A stretch of 47,546 nucleotides of DNA from contig CAZWKA010000009.1 of NCBI GenBank assembly GCA_964634875.1, positions 1 to 47,546 on the forward strand, given 5' to 3'. The stretch's first letter is position 1. Every line of letters begins with the position of its first letter. The DNA is from an uncultured Gammaproteobacteria bacterium (GTDB lineage: Bacteria > Patescibacteriota > Patescibacteriia > Magasanikbacterales > GWA2-37-8). This document shows positions 24,682-32,941 of this stretch, one piece after another. A model generated the notes under the pieces. That model ran no database searches and was not told the origin of the DNA. It worked only from the letters and a program-made list of their open reading frames with translations. The position numbers and the translations under genes are program-made.

Positions 24682-26091
24682 TTAAAGAGTCTGCTGCACC
24701 TTGGCAGCAGCCCGGTTCAAAATATCTTGTCGCCATTCGAGGGTGCGGTCTGGATTTGGCGCCGGCACCAACCACTCATGGATCATGTCTTTGATGGCGC
24801 GGCTGGCGGCTTCGTAGTTATTACCACGATACCAATTATCTGCAACCAAAACCTGACTAATAAACGGCACTAATTCAACTTTTTCCATCTGTGAGGCGAT
24901 ATAGGTGCGTAGTGCTGTTGGACGCCCTGTTGCATCAAGATACTCTTTCGTAGCCGCCGAATGTGTCAAAAAATCTACCAGATTCCAGGCAGCTTCTTGT
25001 TTTTTTGACTTAGCAGTAACTGCTTGAACCCAGTACTGCGAGACATTTACCGGCTGCTCCGGATCAAGCTGCAAGAGAGGTAAAATGCCCACATTTAGTT
25101 GTGGGGACCTGGCTTTAATTATCGGCGCATAATAGCTGTAGCCGAAGAAAAAAGCTACCGTACCGTTTGAAAAAGCATCGAGTGCATTATCCATGCTTTC
25201 ATTCCATGTATAGGTATCACGGGCAGGATTAGCGAAATCAGTATAAAAATTCATAACCGACATAGCTGGCGTCTCGGTACCGTTCTGAACACCTGGTGTC
25301 AAACGATTAAAAACCGGCTGGCCATTTTTGGCGACAAAATCAAGACCGCTCTGTTTAAACAGTAAATAGACCAAGTCGTCGCTGACTGAAATATTATTAG
25401 AAGTGCCAAGCGCTGCCCCGGACTGTACGATAGCATCGGTTTGGCTATTATACTTAGTAACCTTTTTGACTGCAGCTTGAAATTCTTGCCATGTTTTCGG
25501 TGGCTCAGCCACTCCAGCCCGGTCAAGCAAGTCTTTGTTATAATAAAGAGCCATCGTATCAAACGACAAGGGCAAACCGTAAATTTTATTGTCAATCAAA
25601 ACATCGTTCTTGACCGCCTGAACATAATCGCGATCGAGCTGAGCAGGGGTGAGCAGTTTTTTTGCAACCGTAGTAACGGCTGTATTAGTACCAACGGTGC
25701 CTTTGGTAACAACTACCGTGGTGTCGTTAACGCTTTCTGGCATCGAAGCAAGCTTACTCTGGAGCGCGCGAATGTTTCGATTCGAGACCGAAACAATATC
25801 TGGGCCTTGGTCTTCGGCCAAGGCTTCTACGAGGCGCGGATAAAGCTCGTCCGCTGTAAGTTGGCGAAGTTGGATTGTAATATATGGGTGAGAAGCACGA
25901 AATTTGGTGATGAGGGTCTGGAGCGCATCAACATCGTCAAAAACAGTCCAATATTCGAGTGTGATCGGCCGGGTAGCAGCCTGTTCGGCAGTGGTCGCAC
26001 CTTTACAGCCAAAACCGGCGACGAGAAAAAAACCTAGTAAGGCGATGAGCAATGGAAGACGTTTTTTATGGAAAAAAGAAATCTTGACCAT
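24682..26091 (-). CDS. ABC-transporter extracellular solute-binding lipoprotein (family 1, sugar-type)
   Basis: Lipobox AGFGC. The size (469 aa) and general pattern (ITLEYWTVFDD..., YGLPLSFDTMALYYNKDLL) fit the SBP_bac_1 family. No permease or ATPase gene is adjacent. Confidence 0.7.
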   Translation of the reverse strand: MVKISFFHKKRLPLLIALLGFFLVAGFGCKGATTAEQAATRPITLEYWTVFDDVDALQTLITKFRASHPYITIQLRQLTADELYPRLVEALAEDQGPDIVSVSNRNIRALQSKLASMPESVNDTTVVVTKGTVGTNTAVTTVAKKLLTPAQLDRDYVQAVKNDVLIDNKIYGLPLSFDTMALYYNKDLLDRAGVAEPPKTWQEFQAAVKKVTKYNSQTDAIVQSGAALGTSNNISVSDDLVYLLFKQSGLDFVAKNGQPVFNRLTPGVQNGTETPAMSVMNFYTDFANPARDTYTWNESMDNALDAFSNGTVAFFFGYSYYAPIIKARSPQLNVGILPLLQLDPEQPVNVSQYWVQAVTAKSKKQEAAWNLVDFLTHSAATKEYLDATGRPTALRTYIASQMEKVELVPFISQVLVADNWYRGNNYEAASRAIKDMIHEWLVPAPNPDRTLEWRQDILNRAAAKVQQTL

Positions 26092-26111
26092 GATATATAT
26101 TATAACGTCTA

Positions 26112-26978
26112 TTATACCACGCTTTGCAAATATTTTCTAAAGTCATCGCGAAGTTTGGGGTCGCGCAGAGCAAAATCAACGTTAGCTTTAAGATAGCCGA
26201 GTTTTGAACCGGTATCGTAATATGTCGCATCGGTAACTTTGCAGGCATACACAGGACGTTTTTTGGCCAGCGCCTGGACCGCTTCGGGGAGCCAAATTTC
26301 GCCACCCTTACCCGGCTTGAGTTGTTTAAGTTCATCAAAAATATCCGGAGTCAGCAAATAACAACCGTGGGTAGCGAGTGTTGAAGGAGCATCAGCTGGC
26401 TCGGGTTTTTCAACCAAAGATTTTATGCGGTACACATTTCCTTCAACATCTTCAACATCTGCAATACCATATTTGGAGACATCCTCCCGCGCAACTTCAA
26501 TTGCCGAAATTACCGGCGTGCCATATTTTTCATAGACATCAATACATTGTTTTGCCCGCGGCGGATTGGAATAAATAAATTCATCGCCCCACAAAACTAC
26601 AAACGGCTCGTCGCCTACAACATTTTGGGCACTAAGGACAGGTGTGCCGTTACCGTACGGCCCTTTTTGGCGGACATAAATAAAATTGGCCATTTCCGCT
26701 ATGCGGCGGATTTCAGCAAGCTGCTCTTCTTTGCCCTGCTTGATGAGCCAACTTTCCATTTCTGAATTGTAGTCAAAGTGGTCTTCGACAGCACGTTTAC
26801 TGGCTCCGGTTACTAAAATAATATCAGTAATTCCCGAAGCCACCGCTTCTTCAACGACATACTGAATAATGGGCTTGTCGACAATTGGAAGCATTTCCTT
26901 AGGCATGGCCTTAGTGGCAGGTAAAAAGCGAGTTCCAAAACCAGCGACCGGGATGACTGCTTTACGGATTTTCTGCAT
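26112..26978 (-). CDS. galU: UTP--glucose-1-phosphate uridylyltransferase
   Basis: KAVIPVAGFGTRFLPATKAMPKEMLPIVDKPIIQYVVEEA and VEKP are canonical GalU motifs. Confidence 0.93.
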   Translation of the reverse strand: MQKIRKAVIPVAGFGTRFLPATKAMPKEMLPIVDKPIIQYVVEEAVASGITDIILVTGASKRAVEDHFDYNSEMESWLIKQGKEEQLAEIRRIAEMANFIYVRQKGPYGNGTPVLSAQNVVGDEPFVVLWGDEFIYSNPPRAKQCIDVYEKYGTPVISAIEVAREDVSKYGIADVEDVEGNVYRIKSLVEKPEPADAPSTLATHGCYLLTPDIFDELKQLKPGKGGEIWLPEAVQALAKKRPVYACKVTDATYYDTGSKLGYLKANVDFALRDPKLRDDFRKYLQSVV

Positions 26979-27123
26979 AAAAAGCGCTTATTTAAGGATA
27001 TGTTAACTACGCCCAAGTATAGCAAAACATAAAATAAAACTCAATATATATAGCAAGTTAAAAATACATATGTCTAATGGCAAATAAAAATCTACCTACC
27101 AAGTGCACCATTAAACACTGCGC

Positions 27124-28503
27124 TCAAATCTCCTCCCAGCTGATCAGATTATACTCCGAACCAACCGGAAAACCTGGAGGCGGATTGTAGGTGAGGTTGA
27201 CGTCGTAGGTCGAATTAGTTGTCTGGTACCCGGAAATAACGGTGTTATTAGTGTTAACCCAGCTCCACGTCCAAATGCCCGCCGAAATTACTGACCCATA
27301 TATGGTAAGCGCCGTCTTAACATTGTTGGAATAATAATATCGTTTTGTTCCCCCATTTTGAGCGAGCATTGCGGCATTCACTTCGAGCACCGACGGCGAA
27401 TCACGAGGAACCAAAACATTCTGTTCGGCAATGAGACCAAGGACATGCGCACCGTCTTTAGCATAGTATGTAACATTGCCATTGATAATAATTGATTTTC
27501 CAGTCGCCACCCCAACCGTGGCTCGCCCCCGTACCACACCGTCAACCCAGACCGTGTCATCCACATAAATAAGTCCATTTTCTGGCAATGTATAAGTAGT
27601 AGGATTTGCCAGCGTTTTTACATCGATACAGTAAAACTGGTACTGGGTGCCATTAACATCAAGGCCAGAATAACAATTCGTTGCGTTAACTTTATATGCT
27701 TTAACCGTACCATTGTTAACAAACTCCAAACGCCACCCCTGTTTGCCGGAGGAAGAAAGATAAATACCTGCCGCTTGAGCACCGGACTTAATTTCTGAAA
27801 GCTTGGCTGTTACTGCGCTAAAATCCTGAGCCGGCTTCGGGAAGTCCCACAAACTCGTTGGTCCACCCACCCCCCACACGCCTGGTTTCGTCAGATTATT
27901 GCAACCGTGATATGAACGGCAAACATACGTTGGAACAGCACTTGTTATCTGAGCATCCCCGACACCATCAAACCGAATACCGCCATTGGCGTGAAACTTG
28001 CCATGAGTGACTTCGCTGTCACCGATCCAAGCATCGGTATTGGTAAGCAGTGCATAATCCGTCAACGATGGAAAGCCGACCCGAACCCTGATCGTACGGC
28101 GACTATTAGGCTGGGCATCGAGCCAGCCTGTTGAAGTAATTGTCACTACCGTCGAACCACTCGCAGGCGGAGTGATATCCAGTGAAAAATGTCCGATCAC
28201 TGTACCATTCTTATCCGCATAACTATGAACATAGGGCCCCGGCAATCCGGTGCCGTCTTGGTAATCTGTCTTATCATGAGCCAAATGCCAACGGTAATAA
28301 TTAACCCCCGCTTCAGCAATCTGAAAAGCCATCTCCCGATTCTCCTTATGATACGCCGCCCTGTTTTCAATAACGCCGTAGCTAGCGACCCCCAATACAA
28401 TAAAGGTAAAGCTAAGAGAACCAAAAACTAAAACAAAAAAAAGCATTGAGCCGCGCTGATCGGTTTTGAATGTGGTAAAAAACGACTGTATCCTCTTAAA
28501 CAT
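27124..28503 (-). CDS. PilX-like type IV pilus minor-pilin/assembly protein (hypothetical)
   Basis: N-terminal QRGSMLFFVLVFGSLSFTFIVLG...AFQIAEAGVNYYRWHL resembles the PilX N-terminus. It lies in the same operon as two prepilin-type genes. Confidence 0.55.
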   Translation of the reverse strand: MFKRIQSFFTTFKTDQRGSMLFFVLVFGSLSFTFIVLGVASYGVIENRAAYHKENREMAFQIAEAGVNYYRWHLAHDKTDYQDGTGLPGPYVHSYADKNGTVIGHFSLDITPPASGSTVVTITSTGWLDAQPNSRRTIRVRVGFPSLTDYALLTNTDAWIGDSEVTHGKFHANGGIRFDGVGDAQITSAVPTYVCRSYHGCNNLTKPGVWGVGGPTSLWDFPKPAQDFSAVTAKLSEIKSGAQAAGIYLSSSGKQGWRLEFVNNGTVKAYKVNATNCYSGLDVNGTQYQFYCIDVKTLANPTTYTLPENGLIYVDDTVWVDGVVRGRATVGVATGKSIIINGNVTYYAKDGAHVLGLIAEQNVLVPRDSPSVLEVNAAMLAQNGGTKRYYYSNNVKTALTIYGSVISAGIWTWSWVNTNNTVISGYQTTNSTYDVNLTYNPPPGFPVGSEYNLISWEEI

Positions 28504-28519
28504 AAAAATAATCTTTTAC

Positions 28520-29143
28520 TCAATTGCTTTTTAAATTGCGGATATCGGTCTTGGCCTCAATCGTAAATGGTGCTGATGCGGTAGCCTGATTCTTTTCCAA
28601 GACCAATTTTATTCCCACCACACGCACCTCCGAAATATCAATCGGCAGGGGTAAATAATTATCAACCGCACCGGTGTACGTTTCAGCATAGTAATAAAAA
28701 ACTGGTGCCGCACCATTACCTACCAGCCGAGCCACATCAGTGATTACTTCGCTGGCCCCCGGATACGTTGCCGGACTGCCGACCGGCTCAATTACCCCCT
28801 TTTTAAGGGTAGTGCCTGACAAAAAGTACCGCACCCGTTCACGGCCAACATCCACATCGTTATTGGTAAAAAAAACAAATTGCTGGGCTTCGGCAAGCTC
28901 AATTGGGTACGCTCCAATTTCGGAGTAAGTCGCCCGCCGGACTTCGTTAATAAAACGATCAACAACCCGACGACCATCCCCCTGGGCACTCAGTTGGTCA
29001 AAAATAATATTATTCGATCGATAGCTCACCAAAAAAATTTCGGTGATTGCCCACATTAGGAGGGCAGTAATACCTAAAACCACCACAATCTCAACGAGGG
29101 TAAAACCTTTAGCGTTCGACGAATGTAACAATGATTTTTTCAT
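28520..29143 (-). CDS. Prepilin-type N-terminal cleavage/methylation domain protein (PilW/GspJ-like minor pilin)
   Basis: A short basic leader followed by KG/FTLVEIVVVLGITALL, the G-1/F+1/E+5 class III signal. Confidence 0.8.
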   Translation of the reverse strand: MKKSLLHSSNAKGFTLVEIVVVLGITALLMWAITEIFLVSYRSNNIIFDQLSAQGDGRRVVDRFINEVRRATYSEIGAYPIELAEAQQFVFFTNNDVDVGRERVRYFLSGTTLKKGVIEPVGSPATYPGASEVITDVARLVGNGAAPVFYYYAETYTGAVDNYLPLPIDISEVRVVGIKLVLEKNQATASAPFTIEAKTDIRNLKSN

Positions 29144-29196
29144 GTACTAAACAATTTCTCACTTAGTATCACATGTGATATGCGGTACGTGTAAAA

Positions 29197-30984
29197 TTAA
29201 TTACTTGACAGCGTTACGGTCGTTTCAGTTTGACCACTAACACTAATAGTGCCGGCATTGGTAGCATACCCTGCCGCACTTACCGTCAGTGTGTACGTCC
29301 CTGCCGCGAGACCGCTAAAAAAAACTTGGCCGGGCGGAGTGCAATCCGTAGTATAGGTAAAAGCCAGTTCGGACACCTGCGGCGTATACTGACTATCAGC
29401 TGTACTTAAAAATACCCGGTAGCGCAAATAGCGGTCGCCATTGTGACCCTCATATATACCCGTAGTCGTGAGGGTATAAAAAGTGGCTGCCGTGCCATCT
29501 GGGCCAACAAAATCCCAAGTTTCTGGTGTGCTGGTCGGACTAGTTGCAATCTGAAAACGGATAGGTGTCGCACCGGCTTCAACGGGTTGGGTCAAGGGCT
29601 CAGGCACGATGGAACGAAACGTTACACCGACACCTAAATCGATAGTCGATGATTCCAGCTGCCCACTACCGACATAGGCCGCGCCAATCTTCTTGAGCTT
29701 AATATCGCCTGCTGGTGTTGTCGTATCTAAATTATTGTCTGTACTCCAATACTTTTTTTCATCAGCAAAAACACTTTGACCATACCCACCCGACCAGTCA
29801 GTTTGTCGAGTATACCCCAAATTGGTTACTGCAGTCTGATTATATGCCGTGCCTACCAACGTAACAGTTGCGTCCGATAGCGGAAGGCCAGTACCAGCAT
29901 CTGGGACTTTGACCAACAACGAATGGGTAGTATGCGGACGCAAGATCATAGCTAGTTGGTTTGTTGAAGCAGGCACAACCCGGAGCGGAAGCAGCGGGAT
30001 GGTTCCCGCCAAATCATACGCCGTACTTGAATTACTCACGCGGTACGTGTCCCACTCGAGCGCCTCAAACGCAAAACTGCCTAGCGCGTCCATGGTCGAT
30101 TGTTGCTTAAATTTATGAACTGGAGGCGCTGTGCCAATCATTTTCTCGCCCCATATGTTAAAAAGTGTATTTGGAAGCACGCTGCACGCTGGGGTAAGCG
30201 TTGTTACTTGGAGCGCTGCTGTGCGGTCAATCGCAAAACTGAGGTCAGTGATCGACTGACTAACCACGTTCGCAGGCGGCTTGGTTGGATGAGGATTATC
30301 GGCCGAACTCAAAACTGTAAAATCAGTCGAGTAGCCGCTTTTACTAACAGTAATTTGGTAACCAAGCGTGCTCGTCGGAACATCAATTAATTTAAGCATC
30401 CCGCCATTATCGGTAACGTCGTCAATAACCAGATTAGGCGTAACCAGCGTGTTAACAATATGCACATCGGCACCAGCAACCGAAATACCATTAGCATCAA
30501 AAACATGTAAAAAAAGCGCCCCGTTATCCGTCGCTCCTTCTAAATTTTTGGGCGCCACAATCGCGCTGAGGATGAGCGGCGACTGTTGGCCGCAAGCTGG
30601 ACAGAGCACCTCGACCTGCACGAGTTTATAATCTGCTGGCGAAGTATCGTTTGTCGCACCGCCGATTGTACCATCAAAGGGATCGTCAATATTACGCACA
30701 GTTGTTGTGAGCACAAAGGTTGCCCCATTGCGGACAATTGTCTGGGTGTGGGGCAATACGCCTGGTGGGGAGCCACCCACAATACCAACGCTGCCATACG
30801 GGACATTCCGGGCGGTTTCGAGCCACTCTGCCGCGAGCGCTGTTTCCAAAGTACGCGTACGCGACTGATACACCATTTTCAAAACTGTTTGAATTGAGCT
30901 ATAAATACCCACTGCGAACAAAGCAAAAACCGCCATGGCGACCACGACCTCAACGAGCGTAAATCCTCCTGAAGACTTTCTCAT
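29197..30984 (-). CDS. Large prepilin-type protein (PilV-like N-terminus, about 595 aa, beta-sandwich-rich body)
   Basis: MRKSSGG/FTLVEVVVAMAVFALF class III signal. The start is placed at the ATG at 30984. The C-terminal segments (FSGLAAGTYTLTVSAAGY) resemble CarboxypepD_reg. Confidence 0.75.
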   Translation of the reverse strand: MRKSSGGFTLVEVVVAMAVFALFAVGIYSSIQTVLKMVYQSRTRTLETALAAEWLETARNVPYGSVGIVGGSPPGVLPHTQTIVRNGATFVLTTTVRNIDDPFDGTIGGATNDTSPADYKLVQVEVLCPACGQQSPLILSAIVAPKNLEGATDNGALFLHVFDANGISVAGADVHIVNTLVTPNLVIDDVTDNGGMLKLIDVPTSTLGYQITVSKSGYSTDFTVLSSADNPHPTKPPANVVSQSITDLSFAIDRTAALQVTTLTPACSVLPNTLFNIWGEKMIGTAPPVHKFKQQSTMDALGSFAFEALEWDTYRVSNSSTAYDLAGTIPLLPLRVVPASTNQLAMILRPHTTHSLLVKVPDAGTGLPLSDATVTLVGTAYNQTAVTNLGYTRQTDWSGGYGQSVFADEKKYWSTDNNLDTTTPAGDIKLKKIGAAYVGSGQLESSTIDLGVGVTFRSIVPEPLTQPVEAGATPIRFQIATSPTSTPETWDFVGPDGTAATFYTLTTTGIYEGHNGDRYLRYRVFLSTADSQYTPQVSELAFTYTTDCTPPGQVFFSGLAAGTYTLTVSAAGYATNAGTISVSGQTETTVTLSSN

Positions 30985-31079
30985 GGTTATAAGTATACCA
31001 TATCTTGCGCCTCGTTTCTCAAGCACTACAGCCATCTTGAGTTACATGTTACAAAATTCGTGTTACAAGCAAACAGGCT

Positions 31080-31108
31080 TTGACAACTAGCAGTTTTTTA
31101 CTTATCAT
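31080..31108 (+). promoter_or_regulatory. Candidate promoter of tRNA-Leu(UAA)
   Basis: TTGACA (31080-31085), a 17-nt spacer, then TATCAT (31103-31108), 30 nt upstream of the tRNA. Confidence 0.55.
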
Positions 31109-31137
31109 AGGCGCAGTTTAAAAACACACCCGCTACT

Positions 31138-31219
31138 GCCCGGGTGGTGGAACTGGTAGACACTCAGGACTTAAAATCCTGCGACTTCGGTCATGCGGGT
31201 TCGATTCCCGCCCCGGGCA
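31138..31219 (+). tRNA. tRNA-Leu (anticodon UAA), type II
   Basis: Acceptor GCCCGGG/CCCGGGC, D region GTGGAACTGGTAGACAC, anticodon stem CAGGA/TCCTG with loop CTTAAAA, a long variable arm, and T arm GCGGG-TTCGATT-CCCGC. Confidence 0.9.
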
Positions 31220-31230
31220 CATACACAAAA
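31205..31230 (+). repeat. Direct repeat copy 1 (last 15 nt of tRNA-Leu plus 11 nt of flank)
   Basis: TTCCCGCCCCGGGCACATACACAAAA is identical to 31399-31424. Confidence 0.95.
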
Positions 31231-31398
31231 GCAATTAACACATCCTATCCACTTCTACTTCCCAACATAGTTTTTATAGCAAAGGGAATCGAACAGGGAA
31301 GGCTTGGAAACCGAGAGGTTTCCACTTTTGCTGAGGAGAGCGCACGAGAGGGCGGAAGCCCTTTGGTGAAGGACCCGCCGCGGCGGGGACGCGTGAGC

Positions 31399-31424
31399 TT
31401 CCCGCCCCGGGCACATACACAAAA
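31399..31424 (+). repeat. Direct repeat copy 2
   Basis: TTCCCGCCCCGGGCACATACACAAAA is a perfect 26/26 match to 31205-31230. Confidence 0.95.
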
Positions 31425-31511
31425 CCACTCCGACTATTGACGGAATGGTTTTTTTGTGCTACAAGCCCTTCCACGGTCGCCACAACAGACCGTTTTGGAG
31501 AGCACTCAGTC

Positions 31512-31892
31512 ATGAACAGAACAAGCAAGATTTGCCTCGGCCTCTTGGCAGGAGCTGCGCTGACCCTCGGTCTCACCCCTCCCCCGGTGAACGCCACGGG
31601 CAGGAACGGCCTGACCCAGACAAGCTGTGCCCTGACCCCGGTGGAGGGCGACGATGACCACTTCTTCGCACTGACCCGCCAGGAGCAGCCCGACGGCAGC
31701 GGCTACTTCATGCTCATGTGTGGCGGCAACAACGTCTACCGTGACTTCACCTGCCCCAGCAACAAGTGGCCGCACGCGGAGATCAACAACACCGACTACA
31801 AGGCCGTCCTCACCGATGACGGGATGACCAAGGCCTTCGTCTACACCGAGGATGGCACCGTCAACGTCAGCTTCCGCTGTCGCGGCAACTAG
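31512..31892 (+). CDS. Hypothetical secreted protein, GC-rich gene (islet 2)
   Basis: 126 aa starting at the internal Met with an upstream GGAGAG SD. Signal peptide MNRTSKICLGLLAGAALTLGL. The mature part has four Cys. G/C-ending codons predominate. Confidence 0.65.
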   Translation: MNRTSKICLGLLAGAALTLGLTPPPVNATGRNGLTQTSCALTPVEGDDDHFFALTRQEQPDGSGYFMLMCGGNNVYRDFTCPSNKWPHAEINNTDYKAVLTDDGMTKAFVYTEDGTVNVSFRCRGN

Positions 31893-31934
31893 CCGCCACC
31901 CCGCACGTCCTAACCTTCAGTACACCAACCCACC

Positions 31935-31966
31935 GCGCGGCCCCCTGGCCGCGCTTCTTCTTTTTT
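31935..31966 (+). terminator. Rho-independent terminator of the islet-2 gene
   Basis: GCGCGGCC-ccct-GGCCGCGC followed by TTCTTCTTTTTT. Confidence 0.75.
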
Positions 31967-31970
31967 AAAA

Positions 31971-32447
31971 TTACCGAGCACTTTTTTCGAGCAGTGCCAA
32001 AAGTGATGTAGCGCGTTTCTCTGCTTCAGCGTTTATTTGCTCACCACTCATCCCAGGATTTTCTTCAGCAATTTTTTTCTTTTCTTCGATAAGCAACGCC
32101 TGGCTTAAATCTTTTAACTGCCCTTTCAGGTCAACCATTTTCTGCTGCAACTTGCTGAGCACTTTTTGGTCTTGCCCCACCGACGGAATCTTCCCATCAT
32201 CCGCAAGTGCCAGCTGCGCCCGGAGCGCCGACACCGCCTTTACCACCTGCTGCATATTCATCGTAATATTCTGCATCTGTTTTTGGGTGTTCTGTACTTC
32301 TTGCGACACAACTTCGGCACGCTCGCGCGCACCCATCGCCTTTTCTAAAGCATCGTCTTTAGATTTTTCCTTAGCTTCAGCGGCAATTTCTTGACCCTCG
32401 GTGCGGTTACGACCAAATTGTTTTTCCTGGTTTTGTTCAAATGACAT
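31971..32447 (-). CDS. Hypothetical coiled-coil protein
   Basis: 158 aa from the internal Met (MSFEQNQ). It is rich in Gln, Lys and Glu with heptad-like stretches and has normal (AT-rich) composition. Confidence 0.55.
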   Translation of the reverse strand: MSFEQNQEKQFGRNRTEGQEIAAEAKEKSKDDALEKAMGARERAEVVSQEVQNTQKQMQNITMNMQQVVKAVSALRAQLALADDGKIPSVGQDQKVLSKLQQKMVDLKGQLKDLSQALLIEEKKKIAEENPGMSGEQINAEAEKRATSLLALLEKSAR

Positions 32448-32550
32448 ATAGTATAGGGTAAATAAAGTAAATTTCTGCCTCATCACTCTTGACGATGTGA
32501 GACGAAAATGCTAGCGTAAACTCTCACTTTGCGTCAACGAGGAGGAATCC

Positions 32551-32886
32551 ATGCACCGATCTATACCATTCACCCTGTGGGTGCTCGGCGGATGCGCCAC
32601 CGGCCAGGTTGCAGCGACCCCCACCAACCAGCACCCTTCCGCGGAGGAGTGCACCAGCCTGAAGGCCGACGCCAGTGTCCAGCTGACGACTCGCGACGGG
32701 GCCGAGCAGACCTACAACGAGTGCGCGCAGGCGAAGTGTGCGGACACGTCCCAGGTCAACGAGGGGGAGTGCTGGGGAAAGGGTGAGTACGAAGGCCGGG
32801 GTGTCTGTGAGGCCGAGTACAAGGCGAAGAACGCCACCAACAGCGCCTACAACGCCGCCGCACTCGCCGCCGGACGCTGCACCTAG
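32551..32886 (+). CDS. Hypothetical small Cys-rich lipoprotein, GC-rich gene (islet 3)
   Basis: 111 aa with SD GAGGAGG upstream and lipobox LGGC. There are six further Cys. A hand count of line 32581-32640 gives 43/60 G+C. Confidence 0.65.
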   Translation: MHRSIPFTLWVLGGCATGQVAATPTNQHPSAEECTSLKADASVQLTTRDGAEQTYNECAQAKCADTSQVNEGECWGKGEYEGRGVCEAEYKAKNATNSAYNAAALAAGRCT

Positions 32887-32941
32887 CGCGCCAAAGCAGC
32901 CGTCACACAAGTCATAACTGAACCCCCTTCTTGCCGCCGCG

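Noticed and set aside
25441-26037. A 198-aa ORF lies antisense to the solute-binding protein gene. A similar 189-aa ORF at 45033-45602 lies antisense to the 44719-45741 gene.
   Set aside because: Both are embedded antisense in better-supported genes that have signal peptides and family-like sequence. Their products look random.
31041-31070. GTTACA occurs three times within 30 nt (GTTACATGTTACAAAATTCGTGTTACA), between the PilV-like gene and the tRNA-Leu promoter.
   Set aside because: It is a short hexamer in AT-rich DNA with no dyad symmetry and no partner regulator. It is too weak to call an operator.
31144-31775. ORFs 31144-31440 (+), 31274-31597 (-), 31445-31657 (+) and 31506-31775 (-).
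   Set aside because: They run through tRNA-Leu(UAA) and the structured spacer, or lie antisense or out of frame to the islet-2 gene. They are GC-driven open frames with low-complexity products.
32524-32910. A 128-aa antisense ORF and an 85-aa alternative-frame ORF lie across islet 3.
   Set aside because: These are the same high-GC artefact. The Gly/Ala/Leu/Val-rich product has no start signal. The + frame starting at 32551 has an SD and a lipobox.
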